A stretch of DNA of 64,000 nucleotides. Source: Vicinamibacteria bacterium. GTDB lineage: Bacteria; Acidobacteriota; Vicinamibacteria; Fen-336. Positions 1-9,325 of this stretch are shown here, piece by piece (the first letter of the stretch is position 1; each line of letters begins with the position of its first letter). Location of the stretch: positions 24,640 through 88,639 of the forward strand of contig CAUZDW010000008.1 in the NCBI GenBank assembly GCA_963578825.1, given 5' to 3'. The notes under the pieces were generated by a model that saw only the letters and a list, made by a program, of their open reading frames with translations, made no database searches and had not been told where the DNA came from. The translations under genes were made by a program, and so were the position numbers.

Positions 1-975
1 CGAGATTCGACGTGTGGTGAGGACAACGAACGCGACGAGCGCGGCAAGGAGTACGGCGAGCGGCACGGCGACGGCGGGCCGGTGCAGGAGGGTCAGTGGC
101 GACACACGTCTCTCCGCACGACGCTCCCGACACCCCTCGATGTCGCGGAGGAGCGGAGCGGCGTTCGGATAGCGCGCCTCCGGGTCCTTGGCCAGACACC
201 GATAGACGATTGTCTCCACCTCGCGATCGACCTCGGGGCGGAGGCGGCGCACCGGCATCGGGTCGTCGCGAAGAACTGCGCTGATGACCGCCGCGGTCGT
301 CTCTCCCTTCATCGCACGCTGGCCGGTGAGCATCTCGTAGAGGAGCAGCCCGAAGGCGAACACGTCGGTGCGGGCATCCACTCCTCGGCCGTGAGCCTGC
401 TCCGGCGACATGTACGCGGGTGTTCCCAGGATGGCACCGGTCCCGGTGCGCGGCCCCTCGCTCAGCGTCTGCGCGCTGCTCGCCTCCGAGTCGGCGAGCG
501 GCGCCGTCAACTGCGCCAGACCGAAGTCGAGGATCTTCGCGTGACCGTCGGGGGTGATCATCACGTTGCTCGGCTTGATGTCGCGGTGGACGATCCCGGC
601 CGCATGGGCGGCCGCCAGCCCGGAGGCGATCTCCGTGGCGAGCCGGAGCGCTTCGTCCACGGCGAGAGGCCCACGGGCGAGCCGGGCGTGCAGCGACTCG
701 CCCTCGACGAGCTCCATTGCGATGAAGTCTGCGTCGCTGTCGGGGTCCCGTCCGACCTCGTAGATCGTGACGATGTGCGGGTGGTTCAACGAGGAGGCCG
801 AGCGGGCCTCCTGGAGGAAACGACGGCGATGGTCGGGGTCGCCGCCCGCCTCCGGCTTGAGCCGCTTGAGGGCGACCACGCGCTGCAGACGAGTGTCACG
901 GGCGCGGTAGAGGACACCCATGCCGCCCTCACCGAGCTCGCCGAGAATCTCGTAGTCCGCGAGGATCTCGCCCAT
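1..975 (-). CDS. Hanks-type Ser/Thr protein kinase with C-terminal TM segment; 3' end runs off window start
   Basis: Minus-strand translation from ATG (plus 973-975): MGEILADYEILGELGEGGMGVLYRARD...VALKRL...IVHRDIKPSN...DFGLAQ...GTPAYMSPEQ. The HRD codon lies at plus 586-588, in frame with the start (129 codons). There is no stop before position 1. The plus ORF 82..1026 in the track is an antisense shadow frame. Confidence 0.85.
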   Translation of the reverse strand, partial: MGEILADYEILGELGEGGMGVLYRARDTRLQRVVALKRLKPEAGGDPDHRRRFLQEARSASSLNHPHIVTIYEVGRDPDSDADFIAMELVEGESLHARLARGPLAVDEALRLATEIASGLAAAHAAGIVHRDIKPSNVMITPDGHAKILDFGLAQLTAPLADSEASSAQTLSEGPRTGTGAILGTPAYMSPEQAHGRGVDARTDVFAFGLLLYEMLTGQRAMKGETTAAVISAVLRDDPMPVRRLRPEVDREVETIVYRCLAKDPEARYPNAAPLLRDIEGCRERRAERRVSPLTLLHRPAVAVPLAVLLAALVAFVVLTTRRIS

Positions 976-1279
976 CACATATTCCTTCGACTGGCCTTCA
1001 ACGGACCCGGCGTCGTGTCAGGCTGACGGCGGGAGTCTACAACGTCCCCCGCTCTTGCGGGGCGGAGATGCCCCGCCATCCTCATGTTGGCGGGCGAGCT
1101 CAGCCGAAAGCATCCACGCCACCGCGCGACTTGTTGGCTGCGCGCCGCTATTGTTTGCGTGCGGGGTGCGTCCTCGAGCCCTTTTCGTCCGTATACCAGA
1201 TGACGGAGGCAACGCTGGACCTCGACCGGAAAGACGCGGAGCGCCTGCGCAAGGCGACCTCACGGGCCTCGAAGGCCTC

Positions 1280-1780
1280 ATGGGGCGCCATCAGCAGCGA
1301 CTCTTCCGGTACCTGCGGCGTCTCCTGGGAGACGAGACGATGGCGGAGGACCTGTTCCAGCAGACGTGGGTGAGGGTGGCCGAGCGGATCCGGAGCTTCG
1401 ACGCGGCGCGGCCGTTCGGCCCCTGGCTCCTCACCGTGGGACGCAACCTCGCCCTCGACCACCTGCGGCGGTACCGGCCGCAGAGCCTCGACGAGGCGGA
1501 CGAGCCGGTCGCCCCGGCCGAGCGCTCGAGCTCCGCGGGCGACGCCCTCGAGCGGCTCGCCCTCCGGGAGCGAAGGGAGCGGCTGGAGGCGGCCCTGACC
1601 GGTCTGGCCGCACACGATCGGGAGGCCCTCTCACTGCGCTTCGACGAGGAGCTGTCGCTCAAGGAGATCGCGGCGCTCGTCGGGGTGCCCCTCCCGACGG
1701 CCAAAGCGCGGCTCTACCGCGCCCTCCGCCGCCTGCGCACCCGGCTGCTCACGATGGGACCGAAGGAGGAGTGGGCCTGA
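1280..1780 (+). CDS. ECF (sigma-70 family) RNA polymerase sigma factor
   Basis: MGRHQQRLFRYLRRLLGDETMAEDLFQQTWVRV (region 2) ... LSLKEIAALVGVPLPTAKARLYRALRRLR (region 4 HTH). The first ATG in frame is at 1280. An upstream frame-0 ATG at 1200 encodes MTEATLDLDRKDAERLRKA, which reads like the missing region-2.1 start, so the 5' end is probably frameshifted (see findings). Confidence 0.8.
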   Translation: MGRHQQRLFRYLRRLLGDETMAEDLFQQTWVRVAERIRSFDAARPFGPWLLTVGRNLALDHLRRYRPQSLDEADEPVAPAERSSSAGDALERLALRERRERLEAALTGLAAHDREALSLRFDEELSLKEIAALVGVPLPTAKARLYRALRRLRTRLLTMGPKEEWA

Positions 1781-2242
1781 TGAGCGACCACGTGGAAGAT
1801 CTACTGGCGCTCGGGGCAGCCGGGTCGTTGACTCAGGACGAAGACGCCCGGGTGACCGAACACCTGGGCGAGTGCACGGCCTGCAGCGCACGGGCCGAGG
1901 AATGGCACCGCGTCGCGACGGAGCTCGGCCGGCTTCCCGAGCCGGCGCCCTCGCCGGAGCTCGTGGCCCGAACGCGTGCGGCTGTGGAGCGCTGGCAGGC
2001 CGAGCGTGAGGAGCGAGCGTGGAACCGGGCGGCGCTCGGCTTCGTGATCGTCTTCGGGTGGACGCTCACGGGCGTCGCCTGGCTGCTCCTCGAGATCTTC
2101 GTCGGCGAGCTCACGGTGCGTCGCGATCGGCCGCTCGGGTCCACCGCGGCGTGGTTCGGTGTCTACCTGGTCGCCGGATGGGTGATGCAGGGTCTGCGGC
2201 GATGCTTCTCGGTCGCCGCGCACCTGAGGAAGGGAGAATCGC
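1780..2242 (+). CDS. Zinc-finger (ZAS-type) anti-sigma factor, membrane-anchored; 3' end unresolved
   Basis: ATG at 1780 overlaps the sigma-factor TGA (ATGA). The translation MSDHVEDLLALGAAGSLTQDEDARVTEHLGECTACSARAEEW carries an H-x3-C-x2-C ZAS motif, followed by two hydrophobic helices (GFVIVFGWTLTGVAWLLLEIFV; AAWFGVYLVAGWVMQGL). The frame has no stop until 2802 and runs into the next gene in another frame as Arg/Gly-rich junk. The end coordinate is therefore the start of the downstream gene, not a stop. Confidence 0.55.
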
Positions 2243-2743
2243 ATGAGTCGTTTCCAGAAGGAATGGACCCTGGTCCCCACCGCGGCACGCGGCGTCGCGG
2301 CGTTCGCGTATCTCGCTTATCTCACCTTGATGGCGTCCATTTGGCTGCTGCCGCCAGCCATGGAGAAGCAATTTCCCCATCCGGTGCAGTGGGGCTTCTT
2401 CATCGGCACCGCCGCGCTGGGCCTGCTGCTGTGGGCGTTCATCCTGCTCGTGGGCTACATCTGGGCCGACGCGACGCGCAGGCAGATGAACGCCGTCCTC
2501 TGGGTGCTCCTCGCCATCTTCATCCCGAACGCTATCGGGATCATCCTGTACTTCATCCTGCGCGACCCCTTGACCGTGCCGTGCTCCTCGTGCGGGACAC
2601 CGGCAGGAAAGGACGAGGCCTTCTGCTCGGGGTGCGGGGCGTCGGTTCGCCCCTCTTGCGCCGAGTGCAAGCAACCGGTCCAGAAGGGCTGGACCCACTG
2701 TGGGCGCTGCGGCGCCGCGCTCGCCTCGGAGAACGCTTCCTAG
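2243..2743 (+). CDS. Membrane protein with PLDc_N-like motif and double zinc-ribbon C-terminus
   Basis: Good SD (AGGAAGGGAGAA) 7 nt before the ATG. Several TM helices; NAVLWVLLAIFIPNAIGIILYFILRDP resembles the PLD-nuclease N-terminal (PLDc_N) motif. The C-terminus has four CxxC pairs (CSSCG...CSGCG...CAECK...CGRCG). Confidence 0.7.
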   Translation: MSRFQKEWTLVPTAARGVAAFAYLAYLTLMASIWLLPPAMEKQFPHPVQWGFFIGTAALGLLLWAFILLVGYIWADATRRQMNAVLWVLLAIFIPNAIGIILYFILRDPLTVPCSSCGTPAGKDEAFCSGCGASVRPSCAECKQPVQKGWTHCGRCGAALASENAS

Positions 2744-2852
2744 GCACTCGGAACGGCACGACGGGCGGTCGTGGTGTACGCTCGTTCATGGCGGTCCCCT
2801 GATGATGTTCAGGGGGCCGTCCCTGCACCAGAACGCTCACCGTCCGCCGACC

Positions 2853-2874
2853 GCGCGAATGCTATGATTCGCGC
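2853..2874. promoter_or_regulatory. AT-rich inverted repeat GCGCGAAT-gctatg-ATTCGCGC upstream of znuA; candidate Zur operator
   Basis: Perfect 8-bp arms with a 6-nt spacer, ending about 18 nt before the znuA TTG start and its SD (AGGAGAAGG). It is an AT-rich core in a GC-rich background. Confidence 0.4.
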
Positions 2875-2891
2875 CCGCAGGAGAAGGCCTC

Positions 2892-3812
2892 TTGAGCGCA
2901 TCTCGCCGGGTCGAACAACGCCTCGTGCCCTTGGTGCTGGCTGGGCTGCTCGCGGCCTCCAGCGTCCACGTTTCGTGCGCGGGCTGCGCTCGGCGTTCGC
3001 TCGAGCGGCCCCAGGTGGCCGCCACCGTGTTTCCGCTCTACGACATCACCCGGCGCATCGCGAAGGACCGGGTGGACGTCCACCTCATCCTCCCTCCCGG
3101 CCTCGACGTGCACAGCTACGAGCCGCGACCCCGTGACGTGGAGGCGCTCGCCGACTCCAGCCTGATCTTCGCCGTGGGCCTCGGCCTCGATGCGTGGACG
3201 CAGGAGCTGGCCACGAGCGCCGGCGCCGGCGAGGCCCGTGTCTTCGAGCTGGGGCCGCTGGTGGATCCCATCTTCGCCCCGGCGGACCTCATCCAGAGCG
3301 AGCCCCTCATCGACGGGCACTTCTGGCTGGACCCAATCCGGGCCCAGCGGGCGGTCGAAATCATCGTCGAGGCCCTGGGCTCGCTGGATCCCTCGGGGGG
3401 CCCCTTCTACCGGTCGCGGGGCGAGGAGATGAGGCGGTCGTTCCAGGCCGTGCACGAGGAGACCGCTGGGCGCGCTTCCCGGTGGACCGGGAGTCGGATC
3501 GTCACGCTTCACGGCTCCTTGTTCTACTTTGCCGCGCGATACGACCTGGAAGTCGTGGGCGTCGTGGAGCCGGTGCCCGGGCAGGAGCCGACCGGGCAGC
3601 ATCTTGCAGGCCTGATCGACCTCTTGAAGGCCTCTGAGCCGGCGGTCCTCTTCTCGGAGCCCCAGATGGACCCCGTGCTCCTGCGAGCTCTGGCACGCGA
3701 AGTCGGCGTTCGTGCTCACGAGATCGACACGATGGGAGGGCGCCCGGGCACCGAGAGCTACGAGCAGCTCATGAGACACCTGGTGATGGTCGTGGACAAG
3801 GCGCTGCGGTGA
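2892..3812 (+). CDS. znuA: Periplasmic metal (Zn/Mn) ABC substrate-binding protein, TroA/ZnuA family
   Basis: Signal peptide followed by cysteines, then the motifs DVHSYEPRPRD, HFWLDP and TLHGSLFYFAARY typical of ZnuA/TroA cluster-9 binding proteins. TTG start. Confidence 0.8.
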   Translation: MSASRRVEQRLVPLVLAGLLAASSVHVSCAGCARRSLERPQVAATVFPLYDITRRIAKDRVDVHLILPPGLDVHSYEPRPRDVEALADSSLIFAVGLGLDAWTQELATSAGAGEARVFELGPLVDPIFAPADLIQSEPLIDGHFWLDPIRAQRAVEIIVEALGSLDPSGGPFYRSRGEEMRRSFQAVHEETAGRASRWTGSRIVTLHGSLFYFAARYDLEVVGVVEPVPGQEPTGQHLAGLIDLLKASEPAVLFSEPQMDPVLLRALAREVGVRAHEIDTMGGRPGTESYEQLMRHLVMVVDKALR

Positions 3813-4555
3813 ACGCGGCGATCCGGGCTCGGGACGTCTCGGTCGATCTCGGCAACAGAAGGGTCCTCGACGACGTGAGCTTCGACGTGGGGGGCGGGGA
3901 GTTTCTGGCGCTCTGCGGGCCGAACGGCGGAGGCAAGACGACCTTTCTCAAGGCCGCCCTGGGCCTTCTCCCTCTCCGGTCGGGCTCGATCGAGGTCCTG
4001 GACACCACTCCACGAGCCGCCCGTCCGCGTGTGGGCTACGTGCCCCAGGTCAAGACCTTCAACGCCGCGTTTCCCGCCCGCGTCGTCGACGTGATCGCGG
4101 CCAACCGCAAGGGACGCTGGCCGCTGCGGCTCGGTGCCGCGGAGAAAGAGAGTGTGCGCGCGGCTCTCGCCGCCGTCGGGGGAGAGCGGCTTCTGGAGGC
4201 CTCTCTCGGCGGCCTCTCCGGTGGAGAGATCCAGCGCGTCTACCTGGCCCGCGCGCTCGTGACAAAACCGCTGCTCCTCCTCCTCGACGAGCCCACCGCG
4301 GGTGTGGATGCGCGGGGTCGAGCGGAGTTCCAGGAGCTCCTCGCCGGCATTGCGACCGGCGGCGAGCTCGCGGTGGTGCTGGTGACGCACAGCGCGGGCG
4401 CGGTGCGCCGTCTCGCCGCGCGTGCCATCTATCTCAACACCACCGTGCGGGCCTGGGGCTCCCCCGACGAGGTCGTCGACAGGGAGTGGGACGATGGCGG
4501 GCGGGCCTTCTCGGGGCACGACCACACGAACGACTCCTTCTGCGAGGCCGAGTGA
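3809..4555 (+). CDS. znuC: Zinc/manganese ABC transporter ATP-binding protein
   Basis: Walker A GPNGGGKTT, signature LSGGEIQRVYLARAL, Walker B LLLLDEPTAGVD. The GTG start overlaps the znuA stop (GTGA). Confidence 0.85.
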   Translation: MNAAIRARDVSVDLGNRRVLDDVSFDVGGGEFLALCGPNGGGKTTFLKAALGLLPLRSGSIEVLDTTPRAARPRVGYVPQVKTFNAAFPARVVDVIAANRKGRWPLRLGAAEKESVRAALAAVGGERLLEASLGGLSGGEIQRVYLARALVTKPLLLLLDEPTAGVDARGRAEFQELLAGIATGGELAVVLVTHSAGAVRRLAARAIYLNTTVRAWGSPDEVVDREWDDGGRAFSGHDHTNDSFCEAE

Positions 4556-5388
4556 TGGCCGAGCTCGGGGAGGCCTTTCTCGCGCCGCTCTCCCACGGCT
4601 TCATGCTGCGTGCGCTGGTGGCGGGAGCCGCCCTCGGCGCGGTGGGAGCGCTCCTTGGCGTCTTCGTGGTGCAGCGCGGGCTCGGCCTCCTCTCCGACGG
4701 GCTCGCGCACGCGACTTTCGGCGGGCTGGCCCTCGGGCTCCTCCTGGGGTCCACCCTGGACCGGGCGATGTGGGTGGCGCTGCCCTTCACGGTGGCGATC
4801 GCCCTGGGCATCCAGTATGTGCGCCGCCACACGACCCTCGGCGGAGACGTCGCCACCGGCGTCTTCTTCGCCGTTTCGTTCGCCGCCGGCATCTTGTTCC
4901 TCGGTCTCCGCCCTCCGAGCTCTGCCCCCGTCAGCGTGGAGGGGCTGCTCTTCGGAAGCCTTCTCGCCGTGTCTCCCCAGGCCCTCACGACGATCCTCGT
5001 GGTGGCCGCGGGTGTCGTCGTCGTGCTGGCCGGCCTGGGGTCGCGGCTCGCCTACGCCAGCTTCGACCCGGAGCTGGCCGCGCTCTCGGGGGTGCCCGTG
5101 GCCACCCTCGAGTACGTTCTTCTGGCCCTCACTGCTCTGGTCGTGGTCGTGGGCGTGAAGACGGTGGGAGTGGTTCTTGTGTCCGCGTTCGTCGTCATCC
5201 CGGCCGCGACCGCGAACCTGCTGGGGCGGACCCCTGCGGGAATCGCCGCCCTCGCCGTCTCGCTCGGTGTGGGCGGGACCACCCTCGGGATCTTCGCCTC
5301 CTATCACCTCAACGTGGCGACGGGAGCAACGATCATCCTCACGCTGGGCGCGCTGTTCTTCGGTGCACTCGTCCTGCGGAAGAGGTGA
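4555..5388 (+). CDS. znuB: Zinc/manganese ABC transporter permease (ABC-3 family)
   Basis: [43 protein letters not shown]... with 8 or more hydrophobic helices. The ATG overlaps the znuC TGA. Confidence 0.85.
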   Translation: MAELGEAFLAPLSHGFMLRALVAGAALGAVGALLGVFVVQRGLGLLSDGLAHATFGGLALGLLLGSTLDRAMWVALPFTVAIALGIQYVRRHTTLGGDVATGVFFAVSFAAGILFLGLRPPSSAPVSVEGLLFGSLLAVSPQALTTILVVAAGVVVVLAGLGSRLAYASFDPELAALSGVPVATLEYVLLALTALVVVVGVKTVGVVLVSAFVVIPAATANLLGRTPAGIAALAVSLGVGGTTLGIFASYHLNVATGATIILTLGALFFGALVLRKR

Positions 5389-6125
5389 AAAAGGAAGAAC
5401 GCCAGGCACGCGAGAAAGCCCGGGAACGGCTTGCCGCCTACCTCGACTCCCTCGATCTGGAGCCTTCCGAGCCTTCGCCGTGCCCGTACCTTCCCGAGCG
5501 GGAGTCGCGGCTCCTGCTCATGCGGCCCCGCCAGCTCACACCTGGCCTCTACCAGCTCCTGCTGGACCTCAACTTCCGCCGACTCGGCTGGGGCGTCTAC
5601 CGTCCCCAATGCGAGGGTTGCGCCGAGTGCCGGCAGCTGCGACTCCCGGTTTCCGGCTTTCGGCCGTCCCGGGCCCAGCGCCGCTGCTGGCAGCGCAACG
5701 CCGACGTGGTCGCAACCGTGGGGGAGCCCGACGCGACGGAGGAGAAGCACGCCGTCTACAAGCGCTACCTCGAGACCCGGCACGACGGTGAGATGTCGGG
5801 CTCGTGGAAGGAGTTTGCCGATTTCCTGCACGAGGCGCCGCCCCTTGCCCAGGAGGTGGTCTACCGTGTCGACGGACGGCTCGTCGGGGCCGGTATCGTG
5901 GATGTCGAGCCGGACTCCATGAGCACCGTCTATTTCTACTTCGATCCGGATTTGTCCGACCGCTCCCCCGGCACCTTCAACGTGCTCTGGCTCCTGGAGG
6001 AGTGTCGGAGGCGAGAGCTCTCCTGGCTCTACCTGGGATACCACGTGGCGGATGGACGGGGGATGGCCTACAAGACCGGCTTCCGCCCACACGAGATCCT
6101 CGGGACAGACGGCGAATGGCGGTAG
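5385..6125 (+). CDS. bpt: Bacterial Bpt-type aminoacyl-tRNA--protein transferase (Asp/Glu leucyltransferase, ATE_N/ATE_C)
   Basis: CPYLPERESRLLL...NFRRLGWGVYRPQCEGCAECRQLRLPV...AVYKRYLETRHDG...VYFYFDPD. The GTG start overlaps the znuB TGA (GTGA). The stop is TAG at 6123-6125. Confidence 0.75.
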   Translation: MKKEERQAREKARERLAAYLDSLDLEPSEPSPCPYLPERESRLLLMRPRQLTPGLYQLLLDLNFRRLGWGVYRPQCEGCAECRQLRLPVSGFRPSRAQRRCWQRNADVVATVGEPDATEEKHAVYKRYLETRHDGEMSGSWKEFADFLHEAPPLAQEVVYRVDGRLVGAGIVDVEPDSMSTVYFYFDPDLSDRSPGTFNVLWLLEECRRRELSWLYLGYHVADGRGMAYKTGFRPHEILGTDGEWR

Positions 6126-6135
6126 AATTGGGTCG

Positions 6136-6576
6136 ATGTCTCTCCGCGCCGAGCCCGCGAGCCCTCACGATGTCAAGGACGCGCTCGATCTCCTCCGCCG
6201 CGCCGACCTGCCCGACACGGACGTGGCCGAGAAATTCGGCCACTACTTCGTCGTTTACGAGGACGACGGCCGGGTCGTGGGCGTCGCCGGCCTCGAGCTG
6301 CACGGCGAGGACGCCCTCCTGCGCAGCGTCGCCGTGAACGACGACTACCGCCGGCAGGGCGTCGGGACGTCGCTGGTCAAAGCCGCCCTCGAGCGGGCGG
6401 CTCGGCTCGCCCTGAGCTCGGTTTTTCTCCTGACGACCGACGCCCGGGAGTACTTCGCCCGAATGGGGTTCGCCGAATGCCCTCGGGAGGAGGCCCCGCC
6501 GGCCATTCAGGAGTCCTGGGAGTTCAAGACCGGCTGCCCGTCCAGCGCGGCCTTCATGAAGCGCACCGTCGGCTGA
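6136..6576 (+). CDS. GNAT family N-acetyltransferase
   Basis: MSLRAEPASPHDVKDALDLLRRADL...LRSVAVNDDYRRQGVGTSLVKAALERAARL...FLLTTDAREYFARMGF, an acetyl-CoA binding Q/RxxGxG/A fold. Confidence 0.75.
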   Translation: MSLRAEPASPHDVKDALDLLRRADLPDTDVAEKFGHYFVVYEDDGRVVGVAGLELHGEDALLRSVAVNDDYRRQGVGTSLVKAALERAARLALSSVFLLTTDAREYFARMGFAECPREEAPPAIQESWEFKTGCPSSAAFMKRTVG

Positions 6577-6587
6577 AGGCTCGACGG

Positions 6588-6932
6588 TCAGGCTTCTGCT
6601 GGATAGAGCGATTGGGCCCGGGCCAGCTCGGGCTCCATCCGCTCCATCCACATCAGGCGATACATGCGCCAGTCCCCACGGAGCGACCACCAGGGGTGGG
6701 TGAACGTGGCGGGCCGGTTCTTCTCGAAAAAATAGTGCCCGATCCACGCCGGGCCGTACCCCACCAGCGGCGCGAGGAGGAGCGCGAGGGGCGCCCCGAG
6801 GGTCAGCGCAGCGGAGACGGCGGCGAGCGCCATCGACGTGCCCAGGAAATGCAGCGCCCGGTTGACGGGATGGACGTGCTGCGACACGTAGTACGGCCAA
6901 AACACTTCGAAAGACGAGAGCTTGCGCTCCAC
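6588..6932 (-). CDS. DUF962 (Mpo1-like) membrane protein
   Basis: GTG start preceded by GGGAGGGAGG. The 114-aa translation VERKLSSFEVFWPYYVSQHVHPVNRALHFLGTSMAL...GYGPAWIGHYFFEKNRPATFTHPWWSLRGD is the DUF962 signature. Confidence 0.6.
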   Translation of the reverse strand: MERKLSSFEVFWPYYVSQHVHPVNRALHFLGTSMALAAVSAALTLGAPLALLLAPLVGYGPAWIGHYFFEKNRPATFTHPWWSLRGDWRMYRLMWMERMEPELARAQSLYPAEA

Positions 6933-7238
6933 CGTGACCTCCCTCCCGCGCCCTGACGGGTCGGACCAGGATTCACCCTCTCGTACGTCTCTCCCAGATG
7001 GTGGCCGATCATGACGCGGGAGGAGACCGAGCGCAAGACTTTCTCGCTCCGCTCGCCAATGGAGGCGCGTCCAGACGACGCAAGCGGCCCTTTTCGTTGA
7101 ACTTGAGCGTGCGAGAGGCTGACGATGACCGGCTCGGAGCCTCTCCAGTGCGGGGCATGGGCCATTGGCGCGTTGACGCACCGTCGCCGGCGTGACTATC
7201 CTCCTCAGCCGTCTCACCTACGAAGAGAGGAGCCCTTC

Positions 7239-9272
7239 TTGTCGACGACCCAACTCCTGGCTCGCCTGGCCTTCGCCGCGGTTCTGGCGTTCCTCCCCTC
7301 CGCTCTCCGGGCCGAGACGTTCAACGCGACGGAGATGATGGACCTGAAGCGTATCTCCGACCCACGGGTCTCTCCGGACGGGGCGCGGGTCGTGTTCGTA
7401 CTTGCGACCGCCGACCTGGAGGCGAACTCCAAGACCTCCGACCTCTGGATCGTCCCGATCGCCGGCGGCGAGCCGCGCCAACTCACGTCGCACCCCGCCT
7501 CCGACTCGAGCCCCCGCTGGAGCCCGGACGGCGGGTGGATCGCCTTCGTCTCCGCCCGAGAGGGCCAGGCTCAGGTCTTTCTTCTCGACCTGGCCGGCGG
7601 CGAGGCGCGGCGGGCAACCTCCTTCGAGGGCGGGGTGACGACGGTGTCCTGGATCGACGACCGGCGACTGCTCGTCGGGGCCGAGGTCTTCCCCGCCTGT
7701 GGTGCGGACGAGGAGTGCAACGCCGAGCGGCTCGCGGCGCTCGAGACTCCCTCCAGGGTGCGCGTCTACGCCAACCTCTTGTACCGCCACTGGGACACGT
7801 GGGACGACGGCCGCCGCCAGCATCTCTTCGCAGTGAGCGTCGACGGCGAAAGCGCGACCGATCTCACTCCCGGGCCGGACGACGTGCCGCCGTTCAGCCT
7901 CGACGGCCCCGAGGGGTTCTCGGTCTCGCCCGATGGCAAGGAGGTGTGCTTCTCACGCAAGGAATCCCGCGAGGAAGCCTGGTCCACGAACGGCAACGTG
8001 TGGGTGGTGCCCTCCACTGGCGGGCAGCCCGAGCGCGTGGCGGATGGGCCGGGTGACGAAGACGGATGCCAGTACAGCCCCGACGGCCGGCTGCTGGTCT
8101 GGCGCATGCAGGCGCGGGGAGGATACGAGTCGGATCGCTGGCAGCTCGTCGTGCGGGACCGCGCGACGGGCGCCACGCGGAGCGTCACCGCGGACTTCGA
8201 CCGCCAGGTGGACTCCTTCACGTTCTCTCCCGACTCCCGCACGATCTACTTGACAGCAGGAGACCGGGGCAGCAGCCATGTCTTCGCCGTGCCGGCTGCC
8301 GGGGGCGCAGTCAGGGCAGTGCTCGCGGGGGGCAGCGTTGGCGACCTCTCGGTCCTCCCGGACGGACGAACGCTCGTCGGAACCCAGACCGCGCACACCC
8401 ATCCGAGTGAGATCGTTCGCTTCGGCGCGGACGGGCGCGGACTCGAACGCGTGACCCGGCTGAACGACGCCCTCCTGGCGCCCTTCGGCCTCCGCCCCTC
8501 CGAGAGCGTCACCTACCAGGGGGCCGGCGGGCAGCCGATCCAGGCCTGGATCGTGAAGCCCCCCGACTTCGACCCAGGGAAGACGTACCCCCTGCTCGTA
8601 CTGATCCACGGCGGACCCCAGGGTGCGTGGTCCGACGCCTGGAGCTTTCGCTGGAACCCGCAGGTCTACGCCTCGGCCGGGTACGTGGTGTTCATGCCCA
8701 ACCCCCGGGGATCGATCGGCTGGGGGCAGGCTTTCATAGACGAGATCCGCAACGACTGGGGGGGCAGGCCCTACGAAGACATCATGAAGGGGACGGACTA
8801 CGCGGAGGCGCTGCCCTACGTCGAGAAGGGCCGCATGGTGGCCGCCGGAGCGTCGTACGGCGGCTACATGGTCAATTGGATCGCCGGCCACACGGATCGC
8901 TTCCGCGCCCTCGTCTCACACGACGGCTTGTTCGATCTGGCGGCCTTCTACGGCGCCACCGAGGAGCTGTGGTTTCCCGAGTGGGACCTCCAGGGGACCT
9001 ACTGGACGAACCCAGGGATGTACGAACGCTGGAACCCGCGGGCCTTCGTGCAGAACTTCAAGACGCCCACCCTCGTCATCCACGGCGAGCTCGACTACAG
9101 GGTCCCCCTCGAGCAGGGTTTGGCTCTGTTCACCGCCCTTCGAAGACAGGGCGTGCCGTCGCGCCTCGTGCTCTTTCCGGACGAGAACCACTGGGTCCTG
9201 AAGCCCGCCAACTCGGTGCGCTGGCACGAGGAAGTCCTCGGCTGGCTCAACCGGTGGACGAAGAAGGAGTAG
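7239..9272 (+). CDS. S9 family serine peptidase (prolyl oligopeptidase/acylaminoacyl-peptidase) with N-terminal beta-propeller, secreted
   Basis: TTG start after GAGGAG. Signal peptide, then TolB-like WD repeats (SPRWSPDG, SVSPDG), a GASYGGYM catalytic Ser motif, and the Asp/His region FPDENHWV. Stop is TAG. Confidence 0.85.
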   Translation: MSTTQLLARLAFAAVLAFLPSALRAETFNATEMMDLKRISDPRVSPDGARVVFVLATADLEANSKTSDLWIVPIAGGEPRQLTSHPASDSSPRWSPDGGWIAFVSAREGQAQVFLLDLAGGEARRATSFEGGVTTVSWIDDRRLLVGAEVFPACGADEECNAERLAALETPSRVRVYANLLYRHWDTWDDGRRQHLFAVSVDGESATDLTPGPDDVPPFSLDGPEGFSVSPDGKEVCFSRKESREEAWSTNGNVWVVPSTGGQPERVADGPGDEDGCQYSPDGRLLVWRMQARGGYESDRWQLVVRDRATGATRSVTADFDRQVDSFTFSPDSRTIYLTAGDRGSSHVFAVPAAGGAVRAVLAGGSVGDLSVLPDGRTLVGTQTAHTHPSEIVRFGADGRGLERVTRLNDALLAPFGLRPSESVTYQGAGGQPIQAWIVKPPDFDPGKTYPLLVLIHGGPQGAWSDAWSFRWNPQVYASAGYVVFMPNPRGSIGWGQAFIDEIRNDWGGRPYEDIMKGTDYAEALPYVEKGRMVAAGASYGGYMVNWIAGHTDRFRALVSHDGLFDLAAFYGATEELWFPEWDLQGTYWTNPGMYERWNPRAFVQNFKTPTLVIHGELDYRVPLEQGLALFTALRRQGVPSRLVLFPDENHWVLKPANSVRWHEEVLGWLNRWTKKE

Positions 9273-9325
9273 TCCCCCTCCATGGGTCGAGCGTCGCGGG
9301 GCCGACGATCCGAAGTCGTCGCGAA

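Noticed and set aside
82-1026. 314-aa plus-strand ORF over the first kilobase
   Set aside because: Arg/Gly/Asp-rich with no motifs. It is the antisense shadow of the minus-strand Ser/Thr kinase, whose HRD, DFG and APE motifs are all in frame.
4422-6125. 567-aa ORF spanning znuB and bpt
   Set aside because: Only the last 246 codons (from the GTG at 5385) are Bpt. The upstream part is out-of-frame read-through of znuB.
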